From contig OX597818.1 in NCBI GenBank assembly GCA_951406725.2, positions 76,570,001 to 76,634,000 of the forward strand: a DNA stretch of 64,000 nucleotides. The letters run 5' to 3'. Origin of the DNA: Octopus vulgaris (lineage: Eukaryota). This document shows, one piece after another, positions 41,813-55,823 of the stretch (positions are counted from its first letter, which is position 1; every line of letters starts with the position of its first letter). The translations under genes were made by a program, and so were the position numbers. The notes beneath the pieces are model-generated. The model worked only from the letters and a program-made list of their open reading frames with translations. It did not search any database and had not been told where the DNA came from.

Positions 41813-42999
41813 AAAAATATACAAACTGGGACAAGAACGCAAAACATTTAGAAGATGATACAAAAAACACGGACGGGACATTCGAAGCCTTCAATCTTCA
41901 GTCAAGAACCGGATCATCCTCGCAATTTCGGCTGATTAATCTTGAGCCGCTCCGATCCGGCCAGCCCCAAGGAATATATATGTATATGTGTATATGTATA
42001 TATATGTATATATATGTATATATATGTATATGTATATATATGTATATGTATATATGTATATGTATATATATGTATGTATATATATATATAGGTATGTATG
42101 TATGTATATGTATGTATGTGTGTATGTATGTATGTGTATGTATGTATGCATATTTGTATGTATGTATGTATAAATGTATGTATGTATGTATGTATATATA
42201 TATATATGTATGTATGTATATATGATGATGATGATTGTGTCATTCTCATCTGCTACATTACTTACAATATAAATTAGTTCACTATTTAAAATTTACCAGA
42301 GTTCTTTAAAAACAATGATAAAAATATTTTTTAATGATGGTCACAGATTTGAAGGGAAAGAAGAAACTCAGTTGTATTGACCCTATCCAGTACTTTCATT
42401 GGCCTCTTCAAGGCAGTTAGTAGTAGTTCTTTATGTCAACTAACTTTTTTTCAACTACAACTTCAATTTTTAGCTTTTCAATGGCACTGATTGTTCACCA
42501 ATACATCAAGCTCTTCCTGGAAAAAGGGAGACATAAAATTGTCAGATTTAGCTCACACACTGTATGTGTGTGAACCAAACAATTTAGAATGACTCTTGTC
42601 ATTTATTAATACTGTTGTTGTTCTTGTTGCTAATCAAGGAATAATAAAGATTGTCAACAAGAGTGTCCAGCTTTAAAATTTTGTCTCAAATATGTCCTCT
42701 GTCTGACCCATGCTAGTATGGAAGCACAGATGTCAAACATGAATAGTTCTACTTCAAGCTGATAAAAGCATGATTTAACTATGTGAAGTTGGTCTTTAGT
42801 CTTTGCCAAGTTGCTTTGTTTAGCTTTTATCCTATAGCTGTAGTTTTAACATCACTACATGTAGCTATTTTGTTAATAATGCAAAACTAGATATCTCTAA
42901 CTCCTCACCTCCATAAATTTTCTTGTCATTTCAACACATATATACACACACACATATAAACTTACATTTTTTATACCTCTAGATATATATACATATATG

Positions 43000-43216
43000 T
43001 GAGAAGGTGCTGAAAAATTCCTGGCTTTAAGGGTATCTTGAAAGGCCTGGTTGGAGACCCAATTTTCTGATTTCTCTTACAGGGTTTAGAAAAACTGAAG
43101 GACCGCTGCTATAAGTGTGTGAATTTAAGGGGGGAATATGTCAAATAAAATCATAATTAACTGATCCTGCTGTATTTTCTTTTACCTAAAACCAAGAACT
43201 TTTCAGCACACCCTCA
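43000..43216. mobile_element. Mariner-type MITE, same family as 618-831
   Basis: GGTGCTGAAAAATTCCTGG ... CCAAGAACTTTTCAGCAC; colinear interior. Confidence 0.8.
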
Positions 43217-44631
43217 TATTTGCACACACACACACACACATGTGTGCTTGCGTTTGTATTCTATTCACCAAAAAAATCTAATGTGTGAATAGAACAATAC
43301 TGTAAAATGAAAAAAAATAAGATGCACCTATGTATACATAATTGATTATGTTGGAAAACTAGAAATAAGATAGTCTGTTTCTGCCATCTTGACATCCCCC
43401 TTGCATCCACCCATACATATGTAGACACACAAATAGATCATCTTTGGTTTGGATGTGGAGTACATTGTTTATCAGAAACATTCATTATACATTCTTGTGC
43501 AAATGAGGCTGGGGTGGGGTGTAACTTAATTAGGATTTAAGCATGATCTTTTCTTTTTTCTAACCATACTATACTATGTTCTGATTGATCAGTTTTGAAA
43601 CTGGTGATGGTTTTGTTGATGGTGGTGGTGGTGTTGTCCTCTGGCCATACATCATCTGTTGTTGTCCTGGCCATTTTCATAGTCTGTGATTTGAGGAAGG
43701 TTTGACTACTGCTTCTAATTGAACAAGCAATCGTGTATATACAAGAGTGTTTCAAGTAATGCAATTTTTATTTGCATTATTTTCTAGACTCACTCTGTGT
43801 GTGTGTGTGTGTGTAGGTGTCTTCATTGGCTCTCAACAAACTATTAGTCTCTAATTTGTTGTTAGTTCTTGTTGTTGTTGTTGGTGGTGGTGGTGGTGTT
43901 TAGGTCTTGGCCAGCTCTGGTCAAGCATATCTATGATCAAAGGTATTCTGGACTTGATAACCTTGTCTTTTTTTCGTATATCTAAAAATAAAATGTTCAA
44001 TGTATGTTTTTTTTAAAGACAAGGTGTGATTTGAAGAAGATTTGGCTGCTGTTTCTTACAGGGTTATTGATCATGCAAAGGCTCTTTCATTAGGTTGTTT
44101 GCTGCATGTAGTCCTCAGTATCAGTCAACCATCTGAGCCATCAATGGTTGATACTATATCAGTTTTCAAGACACTAGTTTTTACCTTGCTGAATGACACA
44201 TACAAAGTATATTTCTATAGGTGACAGTGGTAGCATTGTAAAATTAAGATGTGTTTTATCAACTTCAATACTCTCTGTCCTATATTGAGAGATAGAAGGG
44301 ATGTCTGTGCCCTTTTTTCAGGAGTGGGATAGTTTGGTGTGGGTCTATCAAACAGTTGTGTAAAATATACAAGACTGCTCTTCACCCATTTGTTACTACA
44401 TTTCTGTTGAAACAACTGCCTCTATTTCAGTTAATGCTAAAAAAAAAAAAATTAAGGATTTAGGAAAATATCTTTCTCATTATTAAGTTGGTGTTTGAAA
44501 CATGAATTAACATGGAATTTTGATGGAGGGTTTTAAATTCAAATCACTTTAAAACAAAGAACTTGTATCATAGAACAAAGCAGCAATCTCTGGTGAGTTA
44601 CTGAATGCAAAGACTGATAGTCATACAATAT

Positions 44632-44869
44632 TTAACTCTTTTGTTACCATATTTCTGATGAAATATACTGTCTTTGCTTCAATTAATTTTGAAAAATTTG
44701 ATAAAATAACTTTTCCATTACTAAGCTGTTTGGAACATAAATTAATATGAACTTCTGATAGAAGAAAGTTTTATTATTGTTTTTTTTTTGTTTTAGATCA
44801 CTTTAAAGCAGGAAGTTTATATGATAAATGCAGAGGTGGTCTTATTTGGTTTGATATCAAAAGGATTAA
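44632..44869. mobile_element. TTAA-flanked MITE (CCCTTTTG-type ends)
   Basis: TTAACTCTTTTGTTACC ... GATATCAAAAGGATTAA; related copies near 16050-16281, 22870-23507, 36360-36580, 44385-44620, 58020-58245. Confidence 0.75.
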
Positions 44870-45009
44870 GGCTCATCATTCTTAACTGGGTGGGGTAGAA
44901 TTTAGAATTTCAGAGGAAAATTTGGGGATTCCAGTGAGGAAATTGGTTTGGAGTTCAGAAATTCTCCTTCAATATTTACATTTTCTTTTGCATTTCTAAT
45001 TTTTTTTTT

Positions 45010-45407
45010 CTTTTTTACTCTTTTACTTGATTCAGTCATTTGACTGCGGCCATGCTAGAGCACCGCCTTTAGTCAAGCAAATCGGCCCCAGGATTTATTC
45101 TTTGTAAGCCTAGTACTTATTCTATCAGCCTCTTTTGCCGAACCGCTAAGTTACGGGGACATAAACACACCAGCATTGGTTGTCAAGCGATGTTGGGGGG
45201 GACAAACGCAGAAACACACACACACACATACATATACATATATAAGACGGGCTTCTTTCAGTTTCCGTCTACCAAATCTACTCACAAAGCTTTGGTCAGC
45301 CCAAGGCTATAGTAGAAGACACTTGCCCAAAGTGCCACGCAGTGGGGCTGAACCCAGAACCATGTTGTTGGTAAGCAAGCTACTTACCACACAGCCACTC
45401 CTGCACC
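45010..45407 (-). mobile_element. SINE family B, full-length young copy
   Basis: Retains CpGs; head GGTGCAGGAGTGGCTGTGTGGTAAG with B-box-like GGGTTCAGCCCC; tail GTAAAAGAGTAAAA. Confidence 0.9.
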
Positions 45408-46955
45408 TGTTAATTAATGTTAAGGATGTTAGTGTTAAACAAATAAAAACCTGTTAATGTTATGCAATAAATAATGTGTACAAAATAACATTTTTCTTCT
45501 GATATGTTTGTGGGGAAATCAGGATAAAGAAATGGTAAAGGAGCAGTGGGGATTACAAGAGAAAAGGTATGAAACATTGCATTTGATAGGGGTATACTGT
45601 GTCCCACAAGGTATTTAAAAGTTGGGAAACATTTACCACCAATACCACCTCCTCTTCCACTGAGCTAGCAGTAGGTAGAAATAAAATTTGTAAGAAACTG
45701 GTATTGTTGCTGTTGTTGTTGTTATAGAGTGTGAGAAGGAAGCAGCTTGTGAGATAGTGTTGAGAAAGTTGTTGCGTAATATGTGAGTCAAGTGTTGTTA
45801 AGGAATGTTTTTTTTTCCACTGTGAACATTTATTTGTGACAATTGACAGATCTGCTCTCTTCTCTCTCTCTCTCCTCTCTCTCTCTCTCTGTGGTGGGGG
45901 TTGTGAATCTTTCTTTTGTTTATGTTTTTATAAGAATTCATGTTGTTATGATGCTAATTGTGGGAAGAGTGGTTAGTTGACAGATATGGTAACACCAGAT
46001 TAAATGTCTTAAAATTTTCTTTTTCTTTTTTGTGCCTTTCACATAATTTTTTAAGATCAAATCTTGCCAGATTTGGGTTCATTCAACTTTGCTGTTCAGC
46101 TTACTGAGATCAAATTAAAACAAATACAGCAATGGAATGGTTCTTCAGTTCAATCCCTAGTACTCCTCTTTCTTCCTGACAAAATTTGTTTTTGTTGAAA
46201 ATTACTTTTGTCATGGAGAATGACCAAGATTAGTAAAGAGTAATATCTAGTATAGCACCTTGTGTATCTAGTGTGCAGTACCCTAAGTATCTAGTGTAGT
46301 ATTGTACCAGATCCATACAGTATCTGGTATATACTACACAGTATTTGGTGTGAACTAAAACTAAAGTTTTGAACTAAAATTTCATTATGGTTGCTTTCAT
46401 CCGTCATGGCTCAACAAAGCTATTACTGATTGTATTTCAATTAGTAATTGTTATTCTTATTGATTAATGATTTTTTTTTATTATCTATATTTTACACTCC
46501 TCTTGCAAACTGGTCTCCTGACAAATGAAACTTGTTAATACTATAGTATAGACTATATAATTCTTATTAAATACAGTTTGTAATTGGGGCTTCTATCACT
46601 AATGACCTTAGAAAGAAAGCTATTAACACACCAGTTTCACATTTCTTGTGTCCTAAACAACAGACTAAACTTTTATATGTTGGTTTGTCATAAGCAGAAA
46701 TATAATCACTGGCTGTTTTGATAAGTTAATATTTTGTAATTAAAATATTTATATATACTATTTTTCACTTGAGGTTCTTTGCTTGTGTGTGCACATGTTC
46801 ATGCACACACACACCTTGTTAAGTAATGTACACGCACGCACACAATAATGACAGGCTTCTTGCAGTTTCTGTCTACCAAATCCATTCAAGGCTGAGACTA
46901 TAGTAGAAGACACCTGCCTAAGGTGCCACACAGTGGGACTGAACCCAGAACCACA

Positions 46956-47025
<70 letters not shown>

Positions 47026-47031
47026 AAAACT

Positions 47032-47101
<70 letters not shown>

Positions 47102-48267
47102 TACACACACACACACACACACACAGCACCATTTACTGGCCATGTTCTGTGCTGGCATGGGTTGAACAGTTTGATAGGATCCAATTGAACCAAGGACAGC
47201 ATCATACTCTACTGTCTACTTTGGCATTATTTCCGCAGCTTGATGCCCTTCCTAATACCAGTCACTTTACAGCCTGTACTGGGTGCTTTTTTTTTCATGT
47301 GTTGAGCACTACCGAGATTACCATGCAGCTTGTAAGACTGTAGACTTTGCAAGAGATGAGAGGTGAATTATGAGAGAAGGGTGTCATAGCAGAATACATT
47401 TTTTTGTTGTGGCCAAGCTATATGGTTACTCACAATATAGAAGAGAGAGTGGGGAGATCAGAATGGGTCGGGGGGGGGGGAGATAAAAATAGTGGTGGAT
47501 GAGGTGTCAGGTCGAATCCTCTACATATGAGGTGAGTGGAAGTGAGTGGGGACGGAAGAATTGGGAGTGTAGATGGTTGAGGTTTGCCAAACTATTTGGG
47601 GAATGGGTGAAGGGTGTGTGAACATAATGAAGAACAGGTGTTGAAGGGTGGTCAGTAGGGGAAGTATCGAAGAGTAGGTGACAACTGTAGAGTTTAGATA
47701 GGGTTGGTTGAGGACTGGGTGTTGTGAGTGGTGGAGGTGACAATGATGCATGGGGGTGAAGAGCAAAAGTAGGTGCTGACTGATAATGCTTGGAGTGAAG
47801 AACTGTAGAATAGGAATGAGGATACAGGAGTTGGGGTGGGGGGGGAGAATGTGTGGTTGGGCAGGTTGCAAGAGTATGGTGGAGGTGGAGAGGGCAGCTG
47901 TAGTACAGACCTAATTGTTGAATAATACAGATATGTACTTCATGAGTCGGGAATATTTTTCTTGCTGCACACCATGGTAAACTTTGTATTTTGTGTTTTA
48001 ACAGTTTGTGTAGCTGTGCTTTGTTTAAGGAGTTTTGATTACTGTCTTAAACTGTATAGACATTATCTTGGTTCTGCAGAAAAGCAGAGAAAGACAAAGG
48101 AAATAATTAACTATTGAAATAATATCTACTAATTAATATTCATTGATATCATTTATTGCTGTATCTTTTATTTCCAAATATCTTTAGAAATTTTATTGTT
48201 CAGTCATCTGGATAAACTTGTAAAACTTTTTGTATTTGTAAATTTTTGTTTTTATAGTGTAATTATA

Positions 48268-48999
48268 CAGAGTGGCACACAAAAATGTAGTTCCAGTTCT
48301 ATAACATAGTGTGAATACAGAAATAAATTTACACACATGAAAAATCACCCAGCCTTCCATTTGCAAGTGTCCTTGTATTATTCCAACCACTGGTAACTGC
48401 TGAACAAAGATGGTGCACTAGTCGACTGTTTGCTACATTATCCTCACCACATGTCACTACATTAGTTGATGTAAGATTGCATTAAGTGAACATCTCTAGC
48501 CATTTCTGCAAGGTGACGTACTCAATATCAGAAAGAGTGGAGATTGTAGAGGTATATGTGAGAACAGGTTCTGTTTAGCAAATGCATGAAATTTTCAATG
48601 TCAAGTTTCTGGGCAAAGACTTACTGGCAAAGAGAACAAGACAAATGTTGATTAAAAAGTGGAATGCTACAGGGTCAGCTCACAGCACCCCCAAACAAAG
48701 AGACCCTACAGTTTGAATGCTGGAAGTTAATCAGGACATTTGCCAAGTCCAAAGAAGTCAATGTGTAAATTGGCCATATCATTCACATATCATTTCACAT
48801 ATGTACAGCAATTAAAAGTGAATGACAAGAGCAAACAAGTAAATTAATGCACATGGCTTCTGAATAGCAGTTACAAATGGTCAAAATAACACAATGACAC
48901 TTGCAAATGGAAGGCTGGGTGCTTTCACATGTGTGTAAATTAATTTCTGTATTTACACTACACTATAGAATCCAGGCTACTTTTTTGCATGCTACCCTA
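48268..48999 (+). mobile_element. Internally deleted Tc1/mariner element with ~105 bp TIRs
   Basis: TIRs 48268-48371 / 48896-48999, TA flanks; internal TYSISERVEIVEVYVRTGSV*...LIKKWNATGS resembles a transposase N-terminal HTH (DUF4817-like). Confidence 0.8.
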
Positions 49000-51849
49000 T
49001 ACTAAACTTCATTTAATATTCAAATTCATTCACATTATTATACAATAAGAAGCATATAAGATACAGAAACATCCAAATTTTTTCCTCTAGTTATTCAACA
49101 GATAAACTGCAAGATTTCAGTCTTTGAAATGCCACATAAGCACTCACTTAACCCATTGTGAATCACTGTGAAAGTAAACTGTACCTGTTGGTATGAGTAC
49201 TAGGTCTTACATAATAAGGGGACAAGGGAGTAATAGTCTATCAAATAGGGACATCTGGGTGAAGATATTATATTTGATGGCTGGTGTGCTGTTCACTAAC
49301 TGACAGGGTGGACAGGCGGGGCAGACATCACTTGTTCTCATTTGTCTGATAAAGGTCACACGAGTGACTTTAATGTCATAACTCTGGTAAACTACTTGAG
49401 TGTGTGGGCAAAACTACACAATGACTTCAATGGTAAAATTTCCTGGCTAAAGAGGAAAAAGTTCCCCGACTGAACTATAACATTCTTGTGTTCATGACAA
49501 AGAGGAACTACCTAGTTGGAAGTAATACCAACTGTGGTCAAATGTAGGAAGAGATGAGCACTTACAGGTTCTCATGACCAAGACATGCCATGTGATTTCA
49601 TAATAATGGAGAACAAGCAAAGAGTCATATATATATATAATTAGATGAAATTCTCATTAAATAAATCATTAAACTCTCATTAAATGGTAAGTGTATCATC
49701 AAACAACCCTGGAGTGATGAAAGATAAAATTGACAGTGGCAACGTTTCCATTCCTGCCATTCACTGTTAGCACAGTTTTTTCTACATGAACTGTTACATT
49801 TATTACCTGTACTAGCATGACAGCCTGTTTGTGATCAGTCTTTCTCTTTTAAATATGGGTAAGTCACATTAAATATAGAAATATTAATGGGAGAATGTCC
49901 AGAGACACCTGCTACATGAAACCCATTTAATAAAGTAGTCACTAACATATTTAATATAGTAAACCAAGACATTTTAATTTATTCACTATATCAGGTTAGC
50001 ACTCTACAAATTGTTGATCATACAACAAGCAACCCTGGATATTTACCCAGGTTATTTTTGTAAAGAAATAATAATTGCAGTAACAGATACATTATTCTTC
50101 ACTGAGGGAGTTCTAATAAGACAAAAACATGCCTGGATATTTTCTGACAACTATGGACATGTTTCAGGCTGTTTATTTAATCAAGAGAGAAGGTAGTGCT
50201 CACAATTCTTCATAGAGGCCCTAAAACTGGTGGGAGGGAAGGAGGATGGTGTCCTCAAACCAGAGACCTTGCCTGAATGATTCGCAACAAGGTGGACTTT
50301 GCTGAAGGTACCCAAGGACCAGAGTCAGGGTGAAGCTAGGTGACAGGTTAAGTGTACCTCTCAAAGTTCAGTATACCACCTAGAAATAAAGTCCACCATC
50401 CAAACGTTCAATCTACCATATAGAGAGGTTTAGAACCTTAGATTAAATCTACCATCCAAGGATTAAATCTACCATCCAAATGTTCAGATATATCTACCGT
50501 TAGACCTCTTCAACATAGTGTAGTCAAAGATTTTACCTGGAGAAAAAAAGTTACAAAACAATGACCAGTATAATTTATTTGATTAAAAAACAAAAATGAG
50601 CTAAGGAAAACAACAATGACCTGAATTTGGATAAGAGTGAAGGACTTACTGTCCTTTACCTGCAGACAAAGGTCAGACATTTTTTCCTCTTGAATATGTT
50701 AGCTTTCATAGATTCCTAATCCCTTAAAGTTATCCCCCATTTTTTTATCATAGTTGCTTACTGTTACCACTAGGTTTTAGTTTTCTTTCCATAACTAAGA
50801 GGAAAATTTCAAGTAAGATTTTTTTGCTTATGGCTTTTAGTACATCATTGGCTAGATTTGTACCATTAGGCCATTTTTATTAGCTCATTTTTAATAGACA
50901 TTTTGTTACCTTATTGGTAACTTGTTGGTTTATGTACACCCACTCATAGACAAGTTATAACCTTAATGATTTATATACATCCACTTATAATCATTTTACA
51001 ACATTGTTAGTTTATTTGCACTCAGTCATATACATTCAGTAAATTTGTTGGTTTATATACACCCACTCATAAGCATTCTATAAAGCACTCGATCATAGAC
51101 ATTTCTTCACCACACTGGTTTATACACACCTACTCAAAGACATTTTATAACCTTATTGGTTTATACACATCCAGCCATAGACATTGCAGCTATCTCAGCA
51201 TTATAGCCTCTACCAGGAACTAATTACTCACAGACACACTATCATTATGTTCTTGTATGAAACAGTGTTAGATGGAGGGATAGATGTTATTGACCAATCA
51301 GAATGGCAGTGAATTAGCAGAATCATTTGAACATCAGATAGAATGCCTGTTTGCGTTTGGTTATGTACCTTTATGAGTTCAGATCCTACTGAAATCAGTT
51401 ATGCCTTTCATCCTTTGGTAGTTGACTATATAAAGTATCAGTTAAATACTGGGGGTTAAGTGTAATCCATTGTACCCTCCTCCTGAATATGGTGCCTTAT
51501 GCCAATTTTTAAAATTGATATTGGGCTTTGAGTAGTTGTATCAGAATCTCTGTACTCTAATGTCCTATTTAGCTGGAGTTTAGTCTCATTTCCTCTTAAC
51601 TACACAAGTGTTTTACCCAAGAACACAGCACAAAGCACTTCATTTCATGCTCCTTAAGTCTACTCAGCTGAAAATTAGTAGCAGCAACTGCTGGAGGTTA
51701 ATCCTGTAAAGGACTGGTGTCTTGTTAAAGGGTGGGTAATATTGTTCTTTCCATCACTTAAGACACCATGTAAACTGGGACAAGCTCTGACCCTGTGAAG
51801 TTGTACATTCATGGCAGGCCTAAGACCAGTCTGGATAGAGATTGTCAGT

Positions 51850-53260
51850 CACTACACATTTTGTTGGTCACCAGCATGAATACAATATTTCAACTAAAGA
51901 ATAAGTATAAAATTACATGGATGCACCCTGGTTCTAAGAAATGGCATCTTATAGATTACATGCTCACCAAGAAACGAGACACTAGGGACTTTGCTGTTGT
52001 AAAAGTGATGCGTGGTGCAAAGTGCTGGACTGACCACAGGCTGTTGCGTGCCAAGGTGAATTTTGTTGTCAAGCCTAAGGTTAGAGCAAATAATAAGTTA
52101 CCTAAACGGATTAATGTCGATTAACTTAAGATTCCGTCTGTACGCAATGAGTTTGTGAGTGAGATAAATAATTTGTCCTGTGATGGCAGTTGGAAGTCAT
52201 TCAAAGAAAGAGTATACAAGGTTTGTAGTAACATTCTTGGCTTTGCTGTAAAAAAATACCAAGATTGGTTTGACAATAATAATGAAAAAGTTAGTCTTAT
52301 CTTAGAGGAGAAGCAAAAGGCATTTAACATGTTGCAAAATGTTGACATGTCAGCGAACAGGACATTGGCTACCTAATTCAAGGTAGTAAAAGCAACAGTG
52401 TTGAGGAAGCTGAGGATGATGCATGAAAATTTGGTGGAGTGATAGATGCAATGAAATCCAAGAAGCTTCAAATGCTAACAATTCCAAACTTTTTTACTCT
52501 CTCTTGAAAAAAGTTTATGGACCAGTTTCATCAAAGGTTGCACCACTTCAGAACAAGGATGGCACAGAATTATTAACAAATCCTAAGGATATTGTTGAGA
52601 GATGGAAAGAACATTTTGATGAGTTGCTCAATAGACTCACTGAAGTTGACCTCTCTTTCCTTGATAATATACCTGAAAGACCAATAAAACATGTTATAGC
52701 AGAAATTCCAAACCTGACTGAAATAAAAGCAGCGATCAGGAAATTGAACAATGGAAAGGCCCCTGGTATGAATGAACTAGGTGCAGAGATATATAAATAT
52801 GGTGGTGATCATTTCTGTACATGTTGAAGGGTGTGATTCTGAGGGTTTGGCAAAGTGAAGAGGTTCTTCCGGATTGGCATGATGCAACTATGGAGATACT
52901 TTATAAATCTAAAGCTGGAAAGGTTGTCTGTGATAATTATCATGGCATATGTCTGTTAGCTGTTGCTGGAAAGGCCCTTTGTTGGGTAATGCTGGACAGA
53001 TTGCTTCTGCACATTGCTGATGATGTTCTACCAGAATCACAATGTGGGTTTAGATGGAGGTCTGAAACGACACATTAAGAGAGTGCATATAGTGGAAACT
53101 GTTTCTCCTGCCAGCAAGCAAAGTTGTGCAGTATGTAATAAAATGTGTAAAAGTTTGGCTGGGCTTAAAAGTCATATAAGGGCATCACATGGCATCAATA
53201 ATGAATCATTTCAGTAAGTCTTTTTGGCAATGGCTTTCCTCATGTAACGAGGGTGCAGCT
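51850..53260 (+). mobile_element. RTE (BovB-like) LINE remnant: APE C-terminus, linker, RT start, then C-terminal zinc fingers
   Basis: TWMHPGSKKWHLIDY...CWTDHRLL; RWKEHFDELLN; NGKAPG; NYHGICLL...LPESQCGFR; then CAVCNKMCKSLAGLKSHIRASH; frameshifted. Confidence 0.9.
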
Positions 53261-53294
53261 ATGATGTATGTATGCATGTATCTATCTATATTTG

Positions 53295-53329
<35 letters not shown>

Positions 53330-53473
53330 GGTTCAACAGGGGTCTGGCAGTGTTTCTACAGCTGGATGCCCTTCCTAACGCCAATCACTCCGTGAATGTA
53401 GTGGGTGCTTTTTACGTGCCACCTACATATACATACATATACACAAATATGTTTGTATTCCATGCCTTAATTT

Positions 53474-53523
<50 letters not shown>

Positions 53524-53654
53524 TAAGCAAACTGTCAGCAGTTTGAAGTGTTATGAAAATACTTGTAGTGAATTAATGTTGAGTATAAAAGTTGTGAAAT
53601 CTGGACATTTAATATGTTAGCTGTAATAAACACACTTTCACTGAAGTTTGATGG

Positions 53655-53716
<62 letters not shown>

Positions 53717-54327
53717 TGATATTATCGAGAGATTGAAATATTATAAACTTGACATATTCATCTAGAGAATATCTTTTATTGTTACAATTACATTGTGCCA
53801 GTCATTGAAGCCACTAAAACCGCTCATTCATTGTTATATCCACTTCTATTAATATTATTATTTTATAATAATAATATTTTATTAGGTAGCCACAGGGAAG
53901 TATGGTGTCAATAACTGGGTCATAGATTTATGATAGAAGTCTTTGATATCAAATATATTATTATCATTGCTATTATTACCCAATAAAGAAATTATTATTA
54001 TCAAATAAGAGTGATGGTTTAGCAGAGTTGTTAGTGTTGGGGGAAAAAATGTCCTGTTGCATTTGTTTCAGCTCTTTACATTGTGAGATCAAAACCTGCC
54101 AAGGTTAATTTTGCCTTTCATCACTCCTGAGTTGGCAAAATAAACTATCAGTCAATTTACTCATCACTTGTTTCCAGTTAGAAATTTTTATAATTAAAAA
54201 ATACTAAACTAAAGTAAATATACCAGTATCAGGTGTACATGTTTGTGTATGTATGTATATATATATTTCTATGTAGCTGTGTGTATACATGTCTGTTATA
54301 ATGATAATAATAGTAAAGTGCTAATTG

Positions 54328-54655
54328 TATACAAAGCTCTGGTGCACTACTGTCAAGAAAAAGGTAAAAAAAGGGTCAGAAAACAGCAGTAAGTTAAGTA
54401 AAGAAAGACAGCTATGAAAGCTAAAAGTACATGCACAGTACCACAGAATAAAACAGAAACAGGAAAGAGAAAAGTGAAAGTGTCATAAAGAGGAAAGGGT
54501 GCATAAGCCTTAGTGTTGGGGGATTTGGGATGCATGGAATTTTTGGAGGTTGCAGTGTCTTGTTACACTTAACAACTGACATTGGTAGTTTATTCCATGC
54601 TTCAAAAATTCTGACCATGAAAAAATGTTTCCAAAAGACATGGGTACTGTTTGGG
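54328..54655 (-). mobile_element. CR1-like LINE 3' fragment
   Basis: HVFWKHFFMVRIFEAWNKLPMSVV; homologous to 37778-38046. Confidence 0.7.
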
Positions 54656-55277
54656 AAATGTATGGAAAGGGTAGACCCAAAGAGATGTGGGACAAAATGG
54701 TGAGAAAAGATCTTCAGATGTTGGGCCTTCAGAGGGGATGACAAGGGACTGAGGCTTCTGGAGATTTGCTGTGCTTAAGAAGGCATGTCAAGCTAAGTAA
54801 ACTCATGGCTGTCCTTGCATATAGGCATGTCCCCTACATCCCTCCACAACTGAGTGATCTTAATCTTATGAGCTCATGGGTGCTGATACCAGGTAAAAGG
54901 CATCCATTCTGGTTCCACATAAAAGTGTCTAAGCCAGTGCTATGTAAAAGCACTCAATATACTCTGTAAAGTGGTTGGCATTAGGAAGGGTATCCAGTCA
55001 TAGAAACCATGCCAAAACTGATGTGGAACCCAAGCAGCTCTTCAGCTGGCTTGCTCCCATCAAACTGTCCAACCCATGCCAGCATAGAAAACAGATGTTA
55101 AATGATGATTGATATATATATATATACGGTTTAAGTAATTGAGATTCAAGTGAGTTCTAATGAATTCACATGAATATGGTCCTTAACTAGGATGCACTGG
55201 AAATCTATATGGTGTTAACCATACGACAAGTGGGGTGATTACAAATAGGAAAAAAGCAACAAGAATGGGTTAAAATA

Positions 55278-55361
55278 TCGGTACAATTGTTTCATACGCG
55301 GACATCTTTAATATGCTACAAAAAATGCAGTAAATATAGATGGCTCGTACTCGTCAGCCGA
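55278..55361 (-). ncRNA. Type I hammerhead ribozyme (left arm)
   Basis: TCGG-CTGACGA-GTACGAG...CGCGTAT-GAAAC-AATT-GTA-CCGA; stem II has one G.U pair and one mismatch. Confidence 0.8.
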
Positions 55362-55710
55362 AAAAATATCAGAGATTCCCAAACATCAAAAGGGGTAGAT
55401 ACAAATGAGGGTGTGAGTTTAACTGCATTGAAGAAAGTTCGATTCCTGGAGATTCGATGAAAGGTCTTGAACTTACAGAATATGTGCATGTCCATATATA
55501 GTTCATAGTGAATTTCGCACGATTGTATCCAAAATTTCTTCACATAACTTGATTAACAATTCACTATGAACTATATATGGACATGCACATATTCTGTAAG
55601 TTCAAGACCTTTCATCGGATCTCCAGAAATCGAACTTTCTTCAATGCAGTTAAACTCACACCCTCATTTGTATCTACCCCTTTTGATGTTTGGGAATCTC
55701 TGATGTTTTT

Positions 55711-55795
55711 TCGGCTGACGAGTACGAGCCATCTGTATTTACTGCATTTTTTTGTAGCTTATTAAAGATGTCCTCGTACGAAACAATTGTACCGA
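55711..55795 (+). ncRNA. Type I hammerhead ribozyme, apparently intact
   Basis: TCGG-CTGACGA-GTACGAG...CTCGTAC-GAAAC-AATT-GTA-CCGA: complete core, 7-bp stem II, stem III palindrome ACAATTGT; predicted cut after 55791. Confidence 0.9.
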
Positions 55796-55823
55796 TATTT
55801 TAACCCATTCTTGTTGCTTTTTT

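Noticed and set aside
41905-41935. HDV-like ribozyme suggested by TCCTCGC
   Set aside because: Flanking P3/P1 pairings could not be formed.
55316-55765. Near-identical peptides on opposite strands
   Set aside because: A by-product of the inverted repeat; no recognisable domain.
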